NCBI GenBank assembly: GCA_016702545.1
Contig: JADJDT010000008.1
Location: 192,683 to 256,682 of the forward strand
Direction of reading: 5' to 3'
From: Pseudomonadota bacterium
GTDB lineage: Bacteria; Myxococcota_A; Polyangia; GCA-2747355
Length of the DNA: 64,000 nucleotides
The stretch's first letter is position 1. Each line of letters begins with the position of its first letter. Under the pieces are notes generated by a model. It saw nothing but the letters and a program-made list of their open reading frames with translations, searched no databases and was not told the origin of the DNA. Positions 18,062 to 25,915 of the stretch are shown here, in pieces. Both the position numbers and the translations under genes were made by a program.

Positions 18062-19986
18062 GTGCGCCGGTCAAACCGGCGGGTTGAAAGGAATGAGAGA
18101 GTCCAACGGCGAAGGAGTAGCGAACCACGCCGGCCCCAAGCCGTGCGTCGGCGTCCGCAAGGGCGACGGCGAAGCGTCGGTAGGGGTACATGCGGGCCGG
18201 GTATTGAGCCGCGAAATCTCTGGACCGGCACGAGAGTGCCGGACACTCCAGGGCGCCCACGCTGTGGAGAAAGCGGAAGGCAACACTGGGAGCGTCGCCA
18301 TCGCGAGACGCTCTCGGGCCCTGCGCGGTCGGAGACCCCGTGCACGCATGGAATCAACCCGCGCGGGAACCGGGAGGTCCCAGCGCCGTCTGCGGCTCGA
18401 GGGCGCCGCAGACCGCATCGTGAAGCCCCAGGGCAGACGACGATGATGAACGGCGATGGGAAGTCGGACAGCTCCGTAGTACCCGAGAAGCCGCCGAACA
18501 AAGCCGGGCAACCGGCCGCGGAGGTGGTGGAGGGAAGGGGGCTGGCCAAGGGGAATCCGCCCGAGACCACCACGCACCGGACTCAGCGCCGGATGAGCGT
18601 GCCAAGCGGCCTCGAGCGGATACGGCATGCAGCAAGGAGGAACAGGAAGCAGCAGTTCACGGCGCTCTTCCACCACGTATACGACGTCGACCGCTTGCGC
18701 GCGGCGTACCTCGCGCTCAAGCGAGACGCCGCCGCCGGCGTCGACGGCGAGACGTGGCAGCACTATGGCGAGAACCTGGAGGCCAACCTCCAGGACCTCT
18801 CGACGAGGTTGGCGCGAGGAGCGTATCGGGCGAAGCCGGTTCGCAGGGCGCACATTCCCAAGGCGGATGGGCGGCTTCGGCCGCTCGGAGTGCCGACGCT
18901 GGAGGACAAGCTCGTCCAGCGCGCGGTCGTCGAGGTGATGAACGCCATCTACGAGACCGACTTCCTCGGTTTCTCGTACGGGTTCCGGCCGCGGCGCAAC
19001 CCGCATCAGCGTTGGATGCGGTCGCGGTCGGCATCAAGTCGAGGAAGGTGAACTGGGTGCTCGATGCCGACATTCGGGACTTCTTCGGTACCCTCGTCCA
19101 CGAATGGCTGGTGAAGTTCATCGAGCACCGAGTGAAGGACAAGCGCGTCGTGCGGCTCATCCAGAAATGGCTGGCCGCCGGCGTGCTCGAGGACGGAAAG
19201 CGAGTACGAAGCGAGGTTGGGACCGTCCAGGGCGGGAGCATTTCGCCTCTCCTGGCGAACATCTACCTTCACTACGTGCTCGACCTCTGGGTCCGACGAT
19301 GGAGGCAGACGGTAGCTCGCGGTGACGTCGTCATCGTGCGCTACGCTGACGACTTCGTCCTCGGGTTCGAGCATCGGCAAGAGGCCGAGCGGTTCCTCGC
19401 GGATGTCCGCGGGCGTTTCGCGCGGTTCGGCCTTGAGCTGCACCCCGAAAAGACACGGCTCATCGAGTTCGGCCGCTTCGCGGCGACCGACCGACGAGAC
19501 CGTGGCGACGGGAAGCCGGAGAGCTTCAACTTCCTCGGTTTCACGCATAGCTGCGCGAAGGCGAGAGCGGGTTGGTTCACCGTGCTACGGCAGACGATGC
19601 GTCAGAGGTGGCAGGCAAAGCTCCAGGCGGTCCGCACCGAGCTGAAGAAACGCCTGCGACCCCGTCCCCAAGGTGGGCGCGTACCTTCGGTCGGTCATCG
19701 TCGGTCACACGCGCTACTACGGCGTGCCCGGCAACGGTCCGGCCATTAACGCGTTCCACAAGGCCATCGCCCGGCTCTGGCACTGGATTCTCGGCCGCCG
19801 GAGTCAGACGGGCAACGTGCCGTGGGACCGGATGCGAACCTACGTTCGCCGCTGGCCCCAAGTCCTCGCATCTGCCATCCGTATCCTTCGCAGCGTCTTG
19901 CCGTCATGACCCAAGGCAGGAGCCGGATGCGGTAGTGCCGCACGTCCGGATCTGTGGAGGGGGTCGCGGGTGACCGCGATCCCTAC
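18062..19986 (+). mobile_element. Group II intron (about 1.9 kb) with intron-encoded reverse transcriptase/maturase
   Basis: The 5' end is GTGCG and the 3' end is ...CCCTAC (AY). A domain V-like hairpin GAGCCGGATGCGG-TAGTG-CCGCACGTCCGGATC at ~19920-19952 is followed by a short domain VI-like stem. The RT ORF sits about 380 nt from the 5' end. Confidence 0.85.
18443..19909 (+). pseudogene. Group II intron RT/maturase (IEP), frame broken twice in this sequence
   Basis: MMNGDGKSDSSVVPEKPPNK..., RT motifs RPLGVPTLEDKLVQ, SPLLANIYLHYVLD, VRYADDFVLGF, and maturase GHTRYYGVPGN. The reading frame is spread over track ORFs 18062..19051, 18754..19749 and 19673..19909, with shifts near 19005 and 19655. 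Confidence 0.8.
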
Positions 19987-20178
19987 TCCGACCTCATGCT
20001 CCTCTTCCTCCCCACATTCCGACTTGATGGGCTCGCCGTCACCGGCGAGCCGAGGGCGCCGCACCTGAGGTTCTTTTCCATGCTCGTTCTCCTCCCCACC
20101 AGCCCACCTGAGTTGGCTCGCCTTCAGCGGCGAGCGGTTGGCCGTATGCCAGCGGCAGGCGGCCCTGTCAACTGCTTT

Positions 20179-20269
20179 TGTGACTGCTTGTGACGCCAGC
20201 GCCATGCGGGCGTCACCTTCGCGTCACGCTCACGTCACATCGCGCCTTGTGGCCCCGACGTCACGTCGG
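20179..20269. repeat. Phased hexamer array: TGTGAC x2 (10-bp spacing), CGTCAC x3 (exact 11-bp spacing) and palindrome CCGACGTCACGTCGG
   Basis: Read directly: TGTGAC at 20179 and 20189; CGTCAC at 20211, 20222, 20233 and 20259; a 15-bp palindrome at 20255-20269. A related inverted repeat ACGTGAC-N6-GTCACGT lies at 20586-20605. Confidence 0.6.
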
Positions 20270-20752
20270 CCGTGGCCGCGCTCCTGGCCGGCCCTGCTGG
20301 AGCCCCTTGGGTCGCGTAGCACTTTGCCCCGGCGGCCTCCTTGCTCAGCAAGAGCTGGGCCGCGAGACGACGGGTTGGGGACCACGGGTAGGACGGCCGC
20401 CCGCAGCCGGCGCTGGAGGCCGGTTCATGCCATAGCTACGGGTGGTTGCGACCTCGCGTCCCGCGGATTGTGGGGCGGCGACGCTCGGCGGAAGGCTGGT
20501 GTCGTCAGGTGTTTCGATCGCTCGAAACGCGCGAACGCATCCGGATCTCGGAGCCGCGGCCGGCCGCTTCAGCCGGGGCCGCTCAACGTGACTTCTGCGT
20601 CACGTGCGGTGCGCTTGGCGAGGCAGGACTTGCAGCGCGCCCGCCGGAACGCGCGTCCCGCCGGGCCTCAACGCGCAAAGGGCCGGCCGGTCGAGGATCC
20701 TGGGTGTGACTCGGTGCTGGCCGGCCAGAGCAGGAGAGGGGTAGTGCGGCGC

Positions 20753-21715
20753 CTAGTCGCGCTCTCTGAAGTGGCTTGCGTCGTCAGTCGTGTACCCGCC
20801 GGGGCCGGAGACGAAATTCCCGCCCTGGATCGCAAGACCTCCGTTGGATGTCCGGCGCGGCGCGGATGGCGCGGGCACCTCAGCGTTGTCCGGAAGGAGC
20901 AGGGTCAGGGCTGGCCGGCTCACGCCGCCACCCGCCGACGGAGTGGCCGACAAGCCGCGTAAGCCACCCAGCGGCGGGAGGCAGACCTCTTGGGCCACAC
21001 TGTCCGAAACGCGCCACGCGAGCTCGCCGTTCGGGTGCACGGCGGAGCTTGCCCAGTCGCCGGTCGCGTCCAAACCCTGACGGCGTGCCTCCTCCTGCAC
21101 CGCGCGCAGCACCCAATCCGCCAGCCGACCCTGATCCATCTGCCTCATCACGTATCCCGCGCCCGCCCAATTCGCGGCCGTCCTCGCATCGCCCGACAGC
21201 CGGTCGCCAGGCGTTCCGTCGTCATGTGGGGAAGCGCGCCACTCCACGCCCCAATCCCCAAGCAAATAGGCGAGCTGTCGCTGGGCCCGGTCGAGCACGC
21301 CCGGCGCGAGTTTGGCGAGCGCGTCTACGGCGGCTGGATGCTTTTTCGCGTCCGTCGTGGTGCGTGCCGCCGCACGGTCGCCCCCAGTGCTGTGGTTCGC
21401 GAGCACGGGGAACAACTCGTACATCGTCTCCTGGCGCAGCGTAACGCCGTGCAACCCATTGCCCCCTGAGTTCCGAGGGACGGCCCGACGGTCGCTGCCC
21501 TGCCTCCCGCTTCGTACCCATCTCGCATGCGCCTCGGCGCGGCCAACCGCGCCCGCGAGGTGCTCCCTGTCGACTCTGACCAGCTCGGCCCCCGCGTGCG
21601 CGGGAAGCGCCAGGAGCCCGAGCCCGAGCGTCGTAGCTCGGAGCAGCCCGGCGCTCCGAGCGCTACGGCGATGGGCTGCTTGATTGTTTCCGTGACTGCC
21701 TCTCATGTTGCTCAC
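20753..21715 (-). CDS. Hypothetical secreted protein, paralog of the 17404 gene product
   Basis: Signal peptide RSAGLLRATTLGLGLLALPAHAGA. The segment KKHPAAVDALAKLAPGVLDRAQRQLAYLL aligns with AEHDAAVAAVLNLVPPVLGSLRAHLGSLL of the 17404 protein. No family recognised. Confidence 0.6.
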   Translation of the reverse strand: MSNMRGSHGNNQAAHRRSARSAGLLRATTLGLGLLALPAHAGAELVRVDREHLAGAVGRAEAHARWVRSGRQGSDRRAVPRNSGGNGLHGVTLRQETMYELFPVLANHSTGGDRAAARTTTDAKKHPAAVDALAKLAPGVLDRAQRQLAYLLGDWGVEWRASPHDDGTPGDRLSGDARTAANWAGAGYVMRQMDQGRLADWVLRAVQEEARRQGLDATGDWASSAVHPNGELAWRVSDSVAQEVCLPPLGGLRGLSATPSAGGGVSRPALTLLLPDNAEVPAPSAPRRTSNGGLAIQGGNFVSGPGGYTTDDASHFRERD

Positions 21716-21953
21716 GCCTCACCTCCCCTTTTCCCACCCCGCCCCTAGTGGCGAGCGCCTCGCTCATGCCATCGCTGTAGCGGGAATGCAAGTCCGTGGG
21801 TTGCAGCGGCGCAGCGCGGCTGTGGTCTCGATCGAGGCGTGGGGCTCGGAGTCCTTGCCGCGCAGAGGCGAATGATAGTACGTACGACGAATTACCCCTG
21901 CGGACGCGTGCGGCGGGACCGGGAGCTCGGCGGCGCGGAGAGGAGAGCTGGCG

Positions 21954-23630
21954 ATGATCGAATGGGCGAAGAGCAACGACGCGATCGGGACGGCCAACCG
22001 CGGCAATGCCTGCGAGTCGGGCCTGTGCACGCTGTGCCGCGCCGACTGCAAGGGCAAGTGCGAGACCTGGGTGGGCAGCATGATGGGGCGCAAGCTGCTC
22101 TACCCGCGCGACTTCGGCGTGGTGACGGCTGGCAGCGGCAACACGACGCACGTCGGCGTCAACTACAACGCGCTGCGCGTGCAGGGCTACCTCTATGGCG
22201 CTCACGGCCTGCCGGGTGAGCTGAGCAGCAGCGCCGACGACTGCATCTTCCCCAACGTCACGCTCGAGACCTCCTTCGGCGCCAAGGTGAAGACCCGCTC
22301 GCGCCTGCCGATCATGACCGGCGCGCTCGGGTCGACCTTCATCGCCGCCAAGTACTGGACCTCGTTCTCCACCGGCGCGGCGCTCTGCGGCTTCCCGATC
22401 GTGATCGGAGAGAACGTCGTCGGCGTCGACCGCCAGGCGGTGATCGAGGAGGGCCGCATCAAGAGCGCACCCGAGCTCGATCGGCGCATCGACACCTTCC
22501 TGCGCTACCACGACGGCTATGGCGCGGTGATCGTGCAGATGAACGTCGAGGACACGCGCAACGGCGTCGCCGAATACCTGATCGGCAAGTACGGCGACAA
22601 GGTGATCATCGAGCTGAAGTGGGGTCAGGGCGCCAAGAACATCGGCGGCGAGATCCAGGTCACCAGCTACGAGTACGCGCTCTTCCTCAGGCAGCGCGGC
22701 TACATCGTCGACCCCGACCCGCTGTTGCCCGAGGTCAAGGACGCCTACGAGCGTCACGCGATCCGCGCCTTCGCCCGGCACAGCCGCCTCGGCTACACGG
22801 ATCTCCCCTCGGCGGGCGCCGTGCGCGAGAACTTCATGACGCAGGTCGCCTACCTGCGGCAGCTCGGCTTCAAGCGCATCACGCTCAAGACCGGCTCCTA
22901 CGGCATGCAGCCGCTGGCGATGGCGATCAAGTTCGCCTCCGAGGCCAACCTCGACCTGTTGACGATCGACGGCTCGGGTGGCGGCACGGGCATGAGTCCG
23001 TGGAACATGATGGAGAGCTGGGGGGTGCCCTCGCTGCTGCTGCACGCCAAGGCCTACGAATACGCCAAGCTGATGGCCGACAAGGGCCTGCGCGTGGTCG
23101 ACCTGGCCTTCGGCGGCGGGCTGGCGCGCGAGGACCACATCTTCAAGGCGCTGGCCCTGGGGGCGCCCTTCACCAAGCTGGTCTGCATGGGGCGCGCGCT
23201 GATGATCCCCGGCTTCGTCGGCTCGAACGTCGAGGGCGTGCTGCGCGGCGAGGAGCGCGATCTGGTCGTCGATGGCGTGCTGGTGAGCAAGGACACGGTG
23301 CACGGCAACTGGGACAAGCTGCCCGGCTCGGTGCGTGAGCTCGGCAACTCGGCCGAGGAGATCTTCGCCGGCTACTACGAGGTGCAGAAGAAGGTCGGCA
23401 AGGACGAGATGAAGAACGTGCCCTACGGCGCGGTGGCGATCTGGACGCTCTGCGACAAGCTCGGCGCCGGGCTGCAGCAGTTGTTGGCGGGCGCGCGCAA
23501 GTTCTCGGTCACCGATCTCAGCCGCAACGAGATCGTCGCGGCCAACCGCGAGACGGCGCTCGAGACCAAGCTGCCCTTCATCACCGAGGTCGACGACGGC
23601 AACGCGCGGGAAATCCTGCTCGCGCGGTAG
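21954..23630 (+). CDS. Glutamate synthase-related FMN-binding protein (GltB domain-2 family) with N-terminal Cys cluster
   Basis: IELKWGQGAKNIGGEIQV, LTIDGSGGGTGMSPW, and GGLAREDHIFKALALGA are hallmarks of the Glu_synthase FMN domain. The N-terminus carries CESGLCTLCRADCKGKCE. Confidence 0.8.
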   Translation: MIEWAKSNDAIGTANRGNACESGLCTLCRADCKGKCETWVGSMMGRKLLYPRDFGVVTAGSGNTTHVGVNYNALRVQGYLYGAHGLPGELSSSADDCIFPNVTLETSFGAKVKTRSRLPIMTGALGSTFIAAKYWTSFSTGAALCGFPIVIGENVVGVDRQAVIEEGRIKSAPELDRRIDTFLRYHDGYGAVIVQMNVEDTRNGVAEYLIGKYGDKVIIELKWGQGAKNIGGEIQVTSYEYALFLRQRGYIVDPDPLLPEVKDAYERHAIRAFARHSRLGYTDLPSAGAVRENFMTQVAYLRQLGFKRITLKTGSYGMQPLAMAIKFASEANLDLLTIDGSGGGTGMSPWNMMESWGVPSLLLHAKAYEYAKLMADKGLRVVDLAFGGGLAREDHIFKALALGAPFTKLVCMGRALMIPGFVGSNVEGVLRGEERDLVVDGVLVSKDTVHGNWDKLPGSVRELGNSAEEIFAGYYEVQKKVGKDEMKNVPYGAVAIWTLCDKLGAGLQQLLAGARKFSVTDLSRNEIVAANRETALETKLPFITEVDDGNAREILLAR

Positions 23631-23637
23631 CCGTCGT

Positions 23638-24729
23638 TCAGTAGCCGGAGGCTCCCGCCCCTGGCGCCGCTGCGGGCGCGCCCACCACGATGCAGTCGCG
23701 TGGCAGCGCCGCGTCCCGCCCCGAGCCACCATCGCCCGCGGGCTCGTCTACCGTCACGAAGGCGATCAGCGCCAGCTCGCGCAGGATGCGCTCGAGCTGC
23801 GCCGGGCCGCTGGCGGCGGGCACCTGCGCGCTGTGGCTGAGCAGGGCGACGGGATGGCCGCGTGAGCCGTAGTGCAGGGCGAGCGAGGCGGCGCGGCTGA
23901 CGGCTTGTTCTTGCAGAGCCTCGTGGGCCGGGCTGGGCGGCAGCAGGGCGCGGTTGTCGAGGAAGAGCGTGATGCGCTGCGCGCGCGGGCTCTCGTGCTC
24001 GCGCACGACGGGGCGGCCGAGGCGCGCGCTCTTGCGCCAGGCGATGTCGCGCGGGTCGTCGCCGGCGCGATAGTCGCGCAGCGCGTGGAACTCGCCAGCG
24101 CGGTCGCGCTGCGCCCCGGCGCCCTCGCCGCGCTCGCGGGTCGGGTGGGCGCCGGCGCTGAGCGGCATCACGGCGGGGTAGACGATCAGCTCCTCCGCGG
24201 CGCCGAGCGGTCGCGCCTTCTCGAACAGGCCGAAGGGAAAGGGCGTCTGCGCCACCAGGCCGGGCAGCGCGTAGCGCCCGCGCCGCGCGAAGCTGCGGCG
24301 GTAGACCGCCTGGCGGGTCTCGCCGGGCAGCACCTTCAGCAAGTAACAGCGCTCGCTGGCCGCGAAACCGCGCGGGCTGCGCTCGCCGACGCTCAGCGCG
24401 TAGGAGGCGAAGCCGCGCTTGTCGTTGTGGACGACCAGCGCGATCAGCGCCGGCTGGTCGACGTGCACGCGGCGCGGCAGGCGGCGCTCGACGCGCACGC
24501 GTCGCAGGGTCAGCTCCGAGAGCACGCCGCTGGCGACGATCAGCGCCAGCAGCAGCCCGAGCACCAGGAAGAGCAGGTTGTTGGCGGTGTTGATCGCGGC
24601 GAAACCGACGCCGAGCGTGATCGTGACGAAGTACTTGCCGTCGCGGGTGAAGCGCAGCCGGCGCCGATAGGCAGGCTCGGCGCTGCCGATCGCGCTGGCC
24701 TCGGTCGGGGCGCTGAGGGGTCGTCGCAT
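23638..24729 (-). CDS. DUF58 domain protein (MoxR-associated)
   Basis: Two N-terminal TM helices and the motif GEFHALRDYRAGDDPRDIAWRKSARLGRPVVRE. It lies immediately downstream of a MoxR ATPase. Confidence 0.85.
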   Translation of the reverse strand: MRRPLSAPTEASAIGSAEPAYRRRLRFTRDGKYFVTITLGVGFAAINTANNLLFLVLGLLLALIVASGVLSELTLRRVRVERRLPRRVHVDQPALIALVVHNDKRGFASYALSVGERSPRGFAASERCYLLKVLPGETRQAVYRRSFARRGRYALPGLVAQTPFPFGLFEKARPLGAAEELIVYPAVMPLSAGAHPTRERGEGAGAQRDRAGEFHALRDYRAGDDPRDIAWRKSARLGRPVVREHESPRAQRITLFLDNRALLPPSPAHEALQEQAVSRAASLALHYGSRGHPVALLSHSAQVPAASGPAQLERILRELALIAFVTVDEPAGDGGSGRDAALPRDCIVVGAPAAAPGAGASGY

Positions 24730-24739
24730 CGACGCGTGC

Positions 24740-25798
<1,059 letters not shown>

Positions 25799-25915
25799 TA
25801 TAGCACGCAGGGCGGGCGCGCTATTCGCCGTCTATGGGCACTGCTATAGTTCGCCGCGCCTGTCGATGAGGTTATGCGACCCGGGCGCGCGTGGCGGACC
25901 AGGACGAGGGCGACG

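Noticed and set aside
18062-19986. Reverse transcriptase as a retron, DGR or defence-associated RT
   Set aside because: The RT has a maturase-type C-terminus and the typical group II IEP N-terminus. It is embedded between a GTGCG 5' end and domain V/VI-like hairpins. There is no msr/msd-like inverted repeat, no template/variable repeat pair, and no effector gene.
20138-20962. 274-aa plus-strand ORF across the non-coding tract
   Set aside because: Its composition is Arg/Ser/Pro-rich, its GC3 is no higher than the other positions, and it overlaps the 3' end of the minus-strand secreted-protein gene. I treat it as non-coding.
21663-23732. 689-aa minus-strand ORF
   Set aside because: It is antisense to the well-supported glutamate-synthase-related gene and has an Arg/Asp/Leu-rich artefactual composition typical of the reverse frame in high-GC DNA.
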